From positions 18,972,001-19,036,000 of the forward strand of contig NC_043007.1 in the NCBI RefSeq assembly GCF_006345805.1: a DNA stretch of 64,000 bases, read 5' to 3'. This document shows positions 1-59,148 of the stretch, in pieces. The notes under the pieces are model-generated. The model saw nothing but the letters and a program-made list of their open reading frames with translations, was not told the DNA's origin and did not search any database. The DNA is from Octopus sinensis. Its lineage: Eukaryota. Numbering within the stretch: position 1 is the stretch's first letter; each line of letters opens with the position of its first letter. The position numbers and the translations under genes were made by a program.

Positions 1-366
1 CCGAGCGTGATTGTTGCCAGAGCAGCCGACTGGCTTTCATGCCAGTGGCACATAAAAGGGCACCATTCGAGCGTGATCATTACCAGCATCACCTTACTGG
101 TATCTGTGCTGGTGGCATGTATAAAAAGATTCGAGCGAGGTCGTTGCCAGTACCGCCTGACTGGCCCCTGTGCCGGTGGCACGTAAAAAGCACCCACTAC
201 ACTCTCGGAGTGGTAGGCATTAGGAAGGGCATCAAGCTGTAGAAACTCTACCAAATCAAGATTGGAGCCTGGTGCAGCCATCTGGTTCACCAGCCCTCGG
301 TCAAAATCGTCCAACCCATGCTAGCATGGAAAGTGGACGTTAAACGATAAGGATGAGGATGATGAT
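1..366 (+). mobile_element. RTE-tail-type interspersed repeat with (GAT)n tail (representative of many copies)
   Basis: Motif ...GGCATTAGGAAGGGCATCCAGCTGTAGAAAC...CATGCTAGCATGGAAAGCGGACGTTAAACGATGATG recurs at ~827, 16020, 19210, 21100, 30100, 30700, 36830, 37740, 38930; LINE partner is inferred. Confidence 0.7.
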
Positions 367-538
367 CCCAGCATAGAAGCCATGTCAGAACAGACAAATG
401 GAGCTTGGTGCAGCTCTTTGGCTTGCCAGCATCCATGCCAAACCCTCTAACCCATGACAGCATGGAAAACAGACGTTAAATAATGACAACGATGATGACG
501 ATGATGATGATGACACAAACGAAAAGGGGCAGACTTAC

Positions 539-46683
<46,145 letters not shown>

Positions 46684-47780
46684 TTACGTTGTGATGGTGG
46701 TGGTGGTGGTGTGTGTGTGTGTGGTCGTAGTTACAGTCGTGGTGATAGTTGATGCGGATGATGATGATGATGATGCTATTATTGTTGCGATGGTAATGAA
46801 AGTGTTGATGTAGATGGAGTAACGACAGTTATCATTATTATTATTGTTGTTGTTGTTGTTGTTATTATTATCAATATTTGTGAATGATCTTTAAGTATTG
46901 TGATTTGTTGAAATTGTAGCAGTTGTTAATGTATAGTTGTTGCTGTTGCTATTGTTGTTGTTGTTTAACACCAGGTCGATCATAATTTGGACCGATCTAT
47001 GATCAAAGACCTTCCAACCATGACCATATCAAATTACTCAAAAACAACGCACCAGGTAGACAGACAGACCTCCGATCCAAACCGTGTCCCAACTTGTTTA
47101 AGATCCTTGGGTGTGGCTGCAGGGAAACTTGGCTGCTCTTTCTAGCAGATTGGCCGCCGACCACGTAGAGGACCCTACGTTTGGCTCGTAACTTTTTATT
47201 GTTACTGTTGTTGGTGGTGATGATGTTGATGTTGATGTTGAATGCTATGTTCTTATGATAGTTGTTGTTGTGGTGATGATGATGGTGGTAGTGAGGGTGG
47301 TGATATTGACAGGTGGTTGCAGCTGTTGAGGTTTGCTTGTACATACTCCTCCTCCTCCTACTCCTCTCTCTCTTTCTATATCGTTCATCCTTTCCTTGAC
47401 GGTCGTTTTCCGGTTTCTTTCGCCATCGCCGTCGCCACCTTCTCTTTCCAGCCTCTTCCCGTCGATGATGACGACGATGATGATGATGATGATTGTGATG
47501 TTGATGATGTTATTCTTATAGTAACGGTCGGTTTAGTTGCTGTTGTTGTTGTTGCTGCTGCTGTTGATGTTGTACCTGTACAAGGTGTTAAAGCTGGATT
47601 AATTAAGTTGAATACAAATTTTAATCACACACACTAACACATAGGAACGAACGTGTATACAAACATAAACACACTCATAGAATTTGTCGTTGCTATACAC
47701 ACACATACACAAAAGCAAATAGATACAGCATACAAACACACACACATATGTGTATGTATATATATATATATATATGTGTG

Positions 47781-47811
<31 letters not shown>

Positions 47812-49103
47812 AATATATATATATAATATATATATATATACATACACAAGTAAGATAGGGGTTATGATATATATATATAAACAAACCCGGAGAAGAAGCA
47901 AACTTTAAGATGTAGAACAGTATATATTAAAGATGGGGGAAGGCCGGTTTTGGGGTCTGACAATACGCCATAAAGCTAAACCCTTTAGGGACGAGAAACT
48001 TAAAGTAATCTCATAAACCGGACTTCCTCATTTTTGATATAATACACGCACACACACACATATACATTATATATATATTGGAAGGTTTGGAGATGATGTA
48101 CAGGTATTATATATTAGAAGAAATGAGGTACGCAGAAGATCGGATGGTTTATATTAACAGATATTTATTTGTATACCCCACTAGAATGGGAGAAAGCGCT
48201 AATGATCTAAGTGATATGATATATATATATATAAAAAAATGTAATATATAAATAAATATCTGTAAATATAAACCATCCGATCTTCTGATTACCTCATTTC
48301 TTCTAATATATATACACACACATGCTCATAAAATGCAATTCACATAGAAATAGATAAAGAACTTTGCATTTATACAGAAATATACATGGACATTATATAG
48401 CTGTGTGTGTGTGTAGGCCCAGGCCGAAGAGGTTATATACACACAGCTACAAACAGATGCGTGCAGAATTTAGAATTAGAAGTTCGCATACACACGCGCC
48501 TGTAAGTACATATGCACCCAGAATGACAGAACACACAGACACACCACAAACACATAAGTCCATTCAGAAGTAATTCGTAGCTATATACACAGGGACATTA
48601 CGCACCGAGTCCAGACCACAAAAGGCAACATGTTCACAGTGGAAAAAAAATCACTTGTGCACTAATATACACACACACACACACTCTTATTTCTGTAAGA
48701 AACACACTAGAATTCAGGCACACACACATACACAGACACACACACATACATACACACTCACATACAGATGAAGAAAGAACGCATCCACGCACAAAAGTAT
48801 ATATCTTTACGATGCGAACGTATACATACCGCAGGAAGTTTATATATATAATGTGTGTGTGTATTCGTATATATATATATCATTCATACCACACACGCAC
48901 TGATACTGTAGCAAGACTCTACAAAATGCTTATTTAACAAAACGTATATATACACCGTATTGTGTATATATATATATATACATCTATTTCTCTTTATATA
49001 TATGTAGACTCCTACGTACATATAAGATCGTTATGTACGTGATTGTGTTGTTATATGCGTACGTCAATCTGTGTGTTTGGGCGACAACAGATCTGTACTC
49101 ATT

Positions 49104-49131
49104 GTAACCTAGGACAGTTGCCCCTGGAAAC
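49104..49131. promoter_or_regulatory. Candidate RFX X-box
   Basis: GTTGCC-CCT-GGAAAC at 49117-49131 is close to GTNRCC-N0-3-RGYAAC (one mismatch); second half-site GTAACC at 49104. Confidence 0.4.
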
Positions 49132-49819
49132 CGAACTAAACAAGACTCCTATGGCTGCTGCTACTACTATTTCAGATACTGGCGGGACTCTAGCAGAGGC
49201 GGCAGCGGCGATGGTGGATGTATTGTCACAGCTACATATATGTTGTTGTTTAAACAACAACCCTCCCATTCAGCCCTGGTCGAATAAACGGCGATCTTCC
49301 GTTTTAGGGATATGTAATTTAAGATAGAATTAGTCGACAATTTGGCTGCTATTTTTGGCAGGTCGAGCAACAACATAGAAGTTTCCTCAGGGGTTTGGAG
49401 TTGTTTTGTCCCTCTGTATCCTGTTTTTTTGCTGGTTTCACAAATATGTGGAACTTACAGTGTCGATGTATCCGTTGCTTATTTTAAGACTGTAGGACTT
49501 GACATGGGGAAAATCCAAGTCGCTATTTCTAGCAAGTCGAGAAACCACGTTGAGGCTATAACGCGTTTGGCTTGCTTGTTCGTTATCGATATTGCCAGTG
49601 TTACGATTAGATCGATAAATCGAACACGATGCATAGAGACTAGGGAAGAAAGAAAGAAAGATGCGAGCTACAGAAAAAGGAAAGAAAAGAAATGAGAAGC
49701 AATGAAAGGCGAAAATATTTAAAGCAAGGAGAAGAAAGGAAGATGAAAGATGAGGAGAGAGGAGACACAAAGACCGCTTTCTACGAGTTGCTTGTGAGGA
49801 ATGTGAAATGCTGGTGGCA

Positions 49820-49895
49820 AAGACGTGGCGCCAAAAACTTCGCTTAATTCGGACAGGTTATTATACCACGTGACCGCACGTTCAGCCAATCACAA
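49820..49895. promoter_or_regulatory. Candidate core promoter cluster (E2F, E-box, NF-Y)
   Basis: TTTTGGCGCCA on minus at 49826-49836, CACGTG at 49867-49872, AGCCAATCA at 49884-49892, in CpG-containing non-repetitive DNA. Confidence 0.5.
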
Positions 49896-51504
49896 CACAC
49901 ACCGCTATTTACGGTTGCGGATAAAAATGTTATTTTTGTGTTGGGTCACCCTCGCGTATAATTGTGGAAGTGTTTTTGTATTTTCAAGGCAATAAATTTA
50001 CGATGTGGTTATTAAGTCGAAGCAGTTATATTTGGTTTATTTACATAAAGTAATATAACAGACAATGGATGACTTTTTGATTTAAGGTTTAACGTTCTTA
50101 CGTTTATATATTTGTTTTGCAAGATTTTTGATGTGAAATCGTGTGTTGAAACAGATATTATTGTATTTAGGAATGGTCATTTTGCCAGTTTAGTTAATAA
50201 AAACACACGCACTATATGTTTGGTGTTACTTTGCTTCAGCGTTATTTATTTTCTACATTAATCTCAATCTTATTTCTTTAAGATTAAGATTAATGTAAAA
50301 AATAAATAACGCTGAAGCAAAGTAACACCAAATATATAGTGCGTGTGTTTCTATTGGCTAAACTGGCAAAATGACCATTCCTAAATACAATAATAAAGTT
50401 TAACGTTCTGTTGTAAGAAAAAGGCGTTGCTAGAGAGAGATAGGCGAGCTTGTCTTCGAGTCTTTTTTATTCAGGACTTTTTCTCTTTTTTTTTTTACCA
50501 TTCCAGAGATTAAACCTGTCCCTGTCACTAACAAAAGGAGATGTTTTTCTTTTTGTTAAATTCAAGACGAATTTTGATGTTTTGTGGTTATCTGACTTGG
50601 TTGGTGTATGTGTGGGGGTAATAACCCGCACTCATAAGTCACTTTAAAATACCCAGAAGTACTTTAAATATAAAAAAATGCGCCCTTTTAAAGCTTAGCC
50701 AGGCTCATGGGCCCGGTTTCCCCGTTTCCTTGACGTAAGTGTTCCTCAGCTGAACGGGACGCCAGTCCATCACAGCGTTACTCATTTTTGCAGCTGAGTG
50801 GACTGGAGCAACGGGAAATGAAGTGTTTTGCTCAAGAACACAACGCGTCGCCCGGTCCAGGAATCGAAACCACAATCTTACGATCATGATGCTGACACCC
50901 TAACCACTAAGCCACAAGCCTCCAGAAGTACTTGAAAAGTACCAAAGTGTGTATTTCATTGTTCTTTGTGTGTGTGTGTGTGTGCATTCAATATACGCAT
51001 TTTGTTTTGTATATGGGCTCAGCCCAGGAACCTCAAATGAAGAAACCTTGGAATGTTTTACAAATTTTCAAGTTATTTTCTCTTTCGATTGTACTTAGAG
51101 AACGTGAATCAGGATGCCTTGTTCTTTTGGGGGTTGCCCCAGCATTTCTAGGCTTTTATGTATATATATGAATCTTTTTCTTGGATTTCCCCCGCCCATT
51201 ATTTGCAGACTTCAATCTGGTTTGCTAACGAAATGACAACTCTTTTGTTTAAGTCCAGACAGCTCTTGCTGTCTATAATTGTTTGAACAGGTTGATGTGT
51301 GAGAATAGACTTGTGTCGTGGACGGGCGTACATGGTGTTTAGCTGCGGGTCAGTCACGACGGCGCAAACTAAAAAACATATACGTTCCACCTGTGACCAA
51401 CCATCTTTAATTTCTTTTCCTTTCATACTTGGTATATCTATAACCACGTTAAGCAATTATTTAGACGGTAGGGATTTAATTTAAGGGAAACTGGGCGAGT
51501 CGAG

Positions 51505-51783
51505 CACTAGTGTAGCTAGAGGGGGGAGGGCGAAGTGGGTGGAGTGCCCGGGCGGCACTTTTATGAAGGCGGCACCACTTCTGGGTCTGCCGTGGGCTAT
51601 AAGCCTTGTATAGGCTGTATTGAAATCAAATAATTGAGGTTTTAATATCGGGACCCGACCACTACTCACCGTTAAATGCAACAATCGATATAGTCGCTGT
51701 GCAATATGTATATTTTTGTGGGGGCCCGGGGTCGGCAAACTGAGGGACCACTCCGGCTGGCACACACTCTAGCTACACCAATG
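51505..51783. mobile_element. MITE with 17-bp imperfect TIRs
   Basis: CACTAGTGTAGCTAGAG ... CTCTAGCTACACCAATG; no TSD found. Confidence 0.55.
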
Positions 51784-52213
51784 TGTAGCGTCTACATAAG
51801 GACTCTGTCGATGACTTACAGTTGCTGCAATTGTTATTGTTTAGCCCTAGGCAGCCCTCTTCAAGTAAAGCTATGACTAAACGCACTCCAGCGATAAACC
51901 ATCCCGTTTTTTCTATATTTTGAAGATATGATGTGCCCTTTAAAAACGTATAGTAAGGTTTGAATTCTTTCTATTATAGGCACACAGCCTGAAATTTAAG
52001 GGGTTAGTTGATTGCATCGATCCCAGTGAACAACTGGTAACTATTTCATCGACCCCGAAAAGATTAAAGGCGCAGGAGTGGCTGTGTGGTAAGTAGCTTG
52101 CTTATCAACCACATGGTTCCGGGTTCACCTTGGCAAGTGTCTTCTACTGTAGCCTCGGGCCGACCAAAACCTTGTGAGTGGATTTGGTAGACGGAAACTG
52201 AAAGAATCCCGTC

Positions 52214-52259
<46 letters not shown>

Positions 52260-52964
52260 TTGTCCCCCAACATCGCTCGACAACCGATGCTGGTGTGTTT
52301 ACGTCCCTGTCACTTAGCGGTTCGGCAAGAGAGACCGATAGAATAAGTATTAGGTTTACAAAGAATAAGTCCTGGGGGTCGATTTGCTCGACTAAAGGCG
52401 GTGCTCCAGCATAGCCACAGTCACATGACTGAAACAAGTAAAAGTATAAAAGTATAAAAAAAGAATAAAAGTCTTCCATAAAACCGAAAGAAGTGCCAGT
52501 AAGCGTTTAGTCCGGCACAGTCACAATTCTGCCAGCACGCCTCCCTTAAGGTGTGGATTAAGGGAGACTATAATCGTGTGCTATTTTTAGCAAGTCGAGG
52601 GACAACGTAGAGGCCCCTCTTTTCACTGAGTGAAACGAACCGTGAAGCGAGGAATTAAGCGTGACTTAATTCCATTCATGATCCAATTTCAGGCGGGATT
52701 CTTTTGTGCTTTCTTTTGATAATGAGGCCGCAAAAAAAAAAAAAAAAAGGAAGAGGAAGAAGAAGAAAAGATAAAGTTACTCCTTTTTTTTTTTTATCTC
52801 TTGTGGCCATGCTGGGGCACCACCCTTGCAAAATTTTATTCTTTTACCTCCTGTTTCAGTCACTGAAGTGCGATCAAGTGCGAGGGCAGCACCTCGACGG
52901 GTTTAGCATAACTTATCAGACGGGTGGTCATGATGGGTATATTGGGCTTGCACTGCTCTCTCAC

Positions 52965-53313
52965 TCCATAACAACAACAACAACAGCAACAACAACGACG
53001 ACGACAACGATGATGATGATGATGATGATGATAATGATGATGATGACGATAATGATGACGATGATGACGATGATGATGATGATGATGACGATGACGATGA
53101 TGATGATGATGACGATGATGATGATTATGCTGATGATGATGATGATGATGACGATGATGATGATGATGACGATGATGACTATGATGATGATAATGATGAT
53201 GATGACGATAATGATGACGATGACGATGATGATGATGATGATGACGATGATGACGATGATGACGATGATGACGATGATGATGATAATGATGATGATGATG
53301 ATGATGATGACGA

Positions 53314-53349
<36 letters not shown>

Positions 53350-53464
53350 CGATGTTGACGATAATGATGACGATGATGACAATGATGATGATGATGATGA
53401 CGATGACGATGATGATGATGATGACGATGATGATGATTATGCTGATGATGATGATGATGATGAC

Positions 53465-53496
<32 letters not shown>

Positions 53497-53597
53497 CGAT
53501 GACGATGATGATGATGATGATGACGATGATGACGATGATGACGATGATGACGACGACGACGACGACGACGACGATGATGATGATGATGATGATAATT
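52965..53597. repeat. ~630-bp (GAT/GAC)n microsatellite
   Basis: Direct reading; rare variant GATTATGCTGAT occurs twice, indicating higher-order duplication. Confidence 0.95.
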
Positions 53598-54190
53598 TCA
53601 TTTATTTGCCACAAGGGCGAAGCATGAGCGGACAATACAGAGACAGACATAAAGAATAGTAACAACAATTGAAAATTTCTGACCTAAAGACAAAAGCTTA
53701 AAACGAACAGATGTGGATTGAATCCGTTCCAATAATTGGCTCAATCTAAAGAATATATTTATTTCATTAAAGGCCCGGATCTGTCTGTTTGTCGTTGTGT
53801 TTGTTCGGTGTGTTAGGGTGGTTAGTCAGTCGTTGTTTTAGTCTTGTGACACCAATACTGGTTGGTACCTGTTGACCATTGACCAAATCGACGGATCAGA
53901 CACACAACAAAGTGACCGGACGAGGAGGTCTACAGGCGTACTGTTAGTCCCAGCCTGCTGCCTTTCACAGACCCCGAATCTCTGCCCCGCCCCGCTCCAA
54001 CTCCACTCTACATCCAAACTCATTCACCACAATGCTAATGCACACACACACACACACATATATATATATACGTATGCACATATACATGTGTGAGTTAATG
54101 CCCATATATACATATATACATTGTGTATGTATGTATATATATAAATATATTTATACGCATATATATGTGTATGAGTGGGTATATCTATCA

Positions 54191-54222
<32 letters not shown>

Positions 54223-54257
54223 GTCTCTCTTTCTCTTTCTCTCTCTCTCTATATATT

Positions 54258-54327
<70 letters not shown>

Positions 54328-55086
54328 CACATATATATATATACATATACATACATACCACATACACTCATACATACATTTATCCCTGCATGGTACTGTA
54401 CACATTTGACTAAATGGTGACTGGTGAATGTTAACAACCCCCACCTACCCACCTACCCTCTTCCACCACGACAATACCCAATGAAGTGGTGTTGACAAGT
54501 GGAACAACGACAAGATGTCTCCCCTCCTTAACCAAACCAAATCTTTAAATTCATCTCAGGAATGTTATTGTCTTGATCAGCTTAAGGCTGTTGCTGCCAC
54601 TGCTGCTACTGCTATTACTTCTGTTGCTGCTGCTGCCGCTACTTCTGTTGCTGCTACTGCTGTTTGTGCTGCAGGTGATGGTGATAAACACCCTTTTTTT
54701 ATGGTATTGAAGCAGTAGGTCCCATATTTTTCTTTTTTATACAGACGTACTCTTGAGTGAATACACAGATCTTTTTTTATTCTTTTAACTAGTTTCAGTT
54801 ATTAGACTGTGGCCATGCTAGGGCACCGCCTTGAAGAATTTTTAGTCAAACAAATCAACCGCAATACTTATTTCTTTAAAGTCTGGTACTTATTTTATCG
54901 ATCCCTTTTGCCGAACGGCTAATGCTACGGGGACTTAAACACACCAACACCGGCTGTCAAGCGGTTGTAGGACACTCACTCCCCCCACACAAACACACAC
55001 ATATACATACGTAGCAGAAACAGCTGTAAGCCAATGCAGTTCATAAGATAATCGCTTATTCCTTTGTCATCTCTCTTTCTGTTATA

Positions 55087-55880
55087 TTGGGACATCCCAT
55101 AAATAATGCGGGTTTTTTAAAATACTTCTTTTACTTCTCAAAATTACGATAAACAAAGTTCTTTTTTAATCTGAAATATACTCTCCTTTCATCCATCAAG
55201 TGGAATTGCAAGGCCCCTCTCCCAAAATTCGCTTGTCCCTGACGAAAAATACTCCTCCGATAATGTTCTGACCTCGTCTACAGAATTCATATTTATTCCG
55301 TCCAAATAATTTTGAAGATTGCGGAATAAATGATAATCAGATGGGGCAATGTCTGGTGAATATGGTGTGTGGAGCATCGTTTCCAATTCAAACTGCTCCA
55401 GCCTTTGGTATGTTATCCTCCCTGTGTGTGGCCGAGCATTATCTCGATGGAAGAACATCCTTATTCTAGAAATCAAAGATGGTCGTTTTTCTTTCAGCAC
55501 TGACTTAAGCCGCTCAAGTTGCTCGCAGTAGATCCCCTTTATTATAATTTGGTTTGGGTTTTAAAGTTCAAAGTGGCCTAAACCATTGATATCCCATCAA
55601 ACAGATAAGAACAGCTTACGTGGCTGAAGGTCCATTTCTCGTCACTAATCACTATTCAGTTTAAAAAGGGTTTATTCGTGAGACGTAACAGCAAGGAAGA
55701 GCGCATGTTCACTCTCTGCACGCGATTAGACTCGAAAAGTTTGTGTGGAACCCATTGACCCAATTTGCTGATCTTTCCTATGGCACACAGGTGTCGATGA
55801 ATGGTTGAATGACCAAATCCAAGCTTTTCTGCTAGTTCCTCAACAGTTACGACAACTGCAACAGCAACACTAACATCTTG
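55087..55880 (-). mobile_element. Degenerate mariner element (one TIR, transposase pseudogene)
   Basis: TA-TTGGGACATCCCATAAATAATGCGG TIR; GQWVPHKL, ISDEKW, FHRDNARPH, YSPDIAPSDYHLF motifs with stops and frameshifts. Confidence 0.88.
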
Positions 55881-55989
55881 TCTTGTTATAAAGTGCAAAG
55901 AAAGGAAGGCGGTAAAAGATGGTTGAGTTGACGGTTCCCTGGGATGCGAACATCAAAGATGCTTTCGTCAGGAAAAGCAGAAATTACAA

Positions 55990-57260
55990 TGAGTTGCTTA
56001 AACTCTGAGGAAACATTGAATCCGCGGCAATGTATCTTCCCGTAAAGGTGGCGAGCTGGTTGAACCGTTAGCACGCCGGGCGAAATGCTCAGTGGTATTT
56101 CGTCTGCCGTTGCGTTCTGAGTTCAAATTCCGCAGAGGTCGACTTTGCCTTTCATCCTTTCGGGGTCGATAAATTAAGGACCAGTTACGCACTGGGGTCG
56201 ATATAATCAACTTAATCCGTCTGTCTGTCCTTGTATGTCACCTCTGTGTTTAGCCCCCTTGTGGGTAGTAAAGAAATGGGTATTTCGTCTGCCGTTAGGT
56301 TCTGAGTTCAAATTCCGCCGAGGTCGACTTTGCCTTTCATCCTTTCGGGGGTCGATTAAATAAGTTCCAGTTACGCACTGGGGTCGATATATTAATTTAA
56401 TGCCTTTGTCTGTCCTTGTTTGTCCCCTCTATGTTTAGCCTCTTGTGGGTAATAAACAAATAAGAATCGTTAGCATGCCGGGCAGAATGCTTAGCGGTAC
56501 GTACCGAGTTCAAACTCCGCCGAGGTCGACTTTGCCTTTCATCCTTTTAGGCTCGATAAAATAAGTATCAGTTGAATACTGGGGTCGATCTAATCGACTT
56601 AGCCCCTTCTTCAAACCTGCTGGCCTTGTGCCAAAATTTGAAATCAATATACCTCCCTGTAGAGACAAGTGTCTGAGGATTTGTGGGAATCTGGGTTTAC
56701 TCGATGCGCAGGAATCTTGGACTAGTTGCGAAGGAAAGAAATGGCGAAACCAGAAAATTGATAGAAGCCGTTGGGAAAGCAGGCCATTACATCTGGCTCA
56801 TGGGAGGGGAGGAGTGGTATAGCACGAGGACGGTAGAAACATTCTGGCCCAGATTCGCAACATCTTTTCTACTCTAGGCACAAAGCCCCAAATTTTGAGG
56901 CTGGGGGCCAGTCGATTAGATCGACCCCAGTGCGCAACTGGTACTTAATTTATCAACCCCGAAAGGATGAAAGGCAAAGTCGACCTCGGCAAGCTGGTAG
57001 AATCGTTAGCACGCCGGGCAGAATGCTTGGCGATACGTACCGAGTTCAAACTCCACCGAGGTCGACTTTGCCTTTCATCCTTTCGTAGTCGATAAATTAA
57101 GTACCAGTGCGTAATATAATCGACTTAATCCATTTGTCTGTCCTTGTTTGTCTCCTCTGTGTTTAGCCCCTTGTGGGTAGTAAAGAAATAGGTATTTCGC
57201 CTGTCGTTACGTTCTGAGTTCAAATTCCGCCGAGGTCGATTTTGCCTTTCATCCTTCGCA
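55990..57260. mobile_element. Cluster of tRNA-derived SINE family B copies (others at ~1218, 12836, 59538, 60190, 62280, 63905)
   Basis: Repeated GGCGAGCTGGCAGAAACGTTAGC...GAGTTCAAATTCCGCCGAGGTCGACTTTGCCTTTCATCC...GTAAAGAAATA. Confidence 0.85.
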
Positions 57261-57401
57261 GCTCTGGTGTTACAGTAAGAGGTGTCCGAAACACTTACAC
57301 GATATTGGGGCCAGCATTTAGAGAAGGCGTATTGCAGCAAACCGCGACACACAAGAGTTTACCTTAAAAAGTACACACACACACACACACACACACAAAC
57401 T

Positions 57402-57432
<31 letters not shown>

Positions 57433-57913
57433 ACACACACACACACACACTCAAGCACACATACATATCACTCACTCCAAAAATAACACAACGGGTTGTT
57501 AATTGAAATCGTATATGTTTTGAGACGATTGAATTTTTATAAAAAAATAACGAACAAGATAAACAACAACAACAACAAGAACACGGCCAACAATAACAAC
57601 AACAACAACAACAACACGGCCAACAATAACAACAACAACAACAACAACAATAGCAGATGAAAGGAAAACAGAGATAAGGAGAAGCGGTGTAACCCTGCTG
57701 AAACAGGTTTTAAGACGATTGGATTAGATTATGTCCTGTCTCCAAACTAATCAGATCCGATACTGACCAGTACAACAACAGCAGCAACACCGGTGGACAT
57801 TGGTCGGATGTGTTGACCACTTGAATGTTAATTAAAGATTACATGGAAGTAAGACGCTTGATTAGAAATTTCGGATGAGGTGGGAGTGGTTGTGTGTGTG
57901 TGCGCGTTGTGTA

Positions 57914-57949
<36 letters not shown>

Positions 57950-58152
57950 CAGGGTGTTCGCGGTAAATTTGATGGTTTTTTTTTTGTTTCCTTTCTTTTC
58001 TCGGGTACAGCTTGATGTATTGGTGAACTGTCGGCGACGTTGGAGAGCATAAAGATTAAAGTTGTACAGTTCTATATTTAAGAGATGAGGAATTATTTAT
58101 ATTATTTATATTATTTACATTATTTACATTTGACGGATATTTGTCCTCATCT

Positions 58153-58418
58153 TGTGAGGTATACTTGCCATCTCAATATGGCTAACCACTAAGGGTGGGT
58201 GTTACTGTAGCTTGTAGCCCCGGGAGAACATCGTCTCCAGCTGGCTTTAGGCACACTTTCTGTGCCCTTATTGTAGGATGGCCTCCCTTTGCAAATACCA
58301 TAAGAGCACAGAAAGTGTGCCTAAAGCCAGCTGGAGACGATGATCTCCTGGGGCTACAAGCTACAGTAACACCCACCCTTAGTGGATAGCCATATTGAGA
58401 TGGCAAGTATACCTCACA
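58153..58418. repeat. Long near-perfect inverted repeat (119-bp arms, 28-nt loop)
   Basis: 58153-58271 vs 58300-58418, 4 mismatches. Confidence 0.95.
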
Positions 58419-58484
58419 TTGTTGTGCAGTTACTGTTTATACCTCGTTCAGAGATTTATTATTGTCCTCATCTTGTTTGTTGTT

Positions 58485-58530
58485 AACACAGCATTTCGGT
58501 TGATATACCTTCCAGCCTTCATCAGGTGTC
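58485..58530 (-). ncRNA. Decayed hammerhead motif, same family as 33465-33510
   Basis: GACAC-CUGAUGA-A-GGCUG...CAACC-GAAA-UGCU-GUGUU; stem III ACGU changed to AUGC. Confidence 0.6.
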
Positions 58531-58637
58531 TTAGGGAAATTTCGAACCTGGGTTTTCATTCCTAAGGCATTTTTCGATGTTGATGTTAGTTTGGGAATGT
58601 TAATCAATGATACTAGTAGTATTAGCAAGTGAATATA

Positions 58638-59148
58638 CCGTAAATCCTCGAGTATATTCCGCCCTTGAGTATAATACGCAGGGGATTTTTAGGGGGCTGT
58701 ACCTCCGAAAAACCTAAACCTTGTGTATAATACGCACCCCTTCTCTAACTTGAGTCAAGGAGGTCTATATAACGTCCTTGGTTTGTAAAAATATATACGG
58801 TAACGTCCTTTATTATTATTGTATATATAACATAATGCAAACGTGTAGCTTTTTTGTGCATTTTGTTTGCAGAAAATAAAGAAATAACAGTAATAACGTT
58901 TAATAAATGTTGTTTACTGCAAGTTATGGATGATTCTTTTATGACTTCATTGCTTTCAGGCTTAGCTTAAGGTATTTTCGAACCCGACATCACAGAATGC
59001 GTCTGAATAAACATTGCCGGACAGCAAATAGAGACTCGGACATTGCTTAGAAAATAATTTTCATTTTAAACCTCGAATATAGTACGCACTAGGGATTTTG
59101 ACCTTTAAATTTTGGGGAAAAATGCGTATTTTACTTGGGGATTTACGG
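58638..59148. mobile_element. pogo/Tigger-like MITE
   Basis: TA-CCGTAAATCCTCGAGTATA ... TTTTACTTGGGGATTTACGG-TA: ~25-bp TIRs and TA TSD. Confidence 0.8.

Noticed and set aside
46784-46797. X-box-like GTTGCGATGGTAAT 200 bp upstream of the ATG
   Set aside because: Two mismatches and embedded in GAT/GGT low-complexity sequence where such matches arise by chance
51199-51456. 85-aa minus-strand ORF in unique-looking DNA
   Set aside because: No recognisable domain or convincing splice signals; cannot be supported without a search
52704-53668. Long ORFs of poly-M/I/D/V (also 16517-17158, 26730-27461, 11205-11738, 2203-2972, 61667-62133)
   Set aside because: They are translations of trinucleotide and dinucleotide microsatellites, which lack stops by composition
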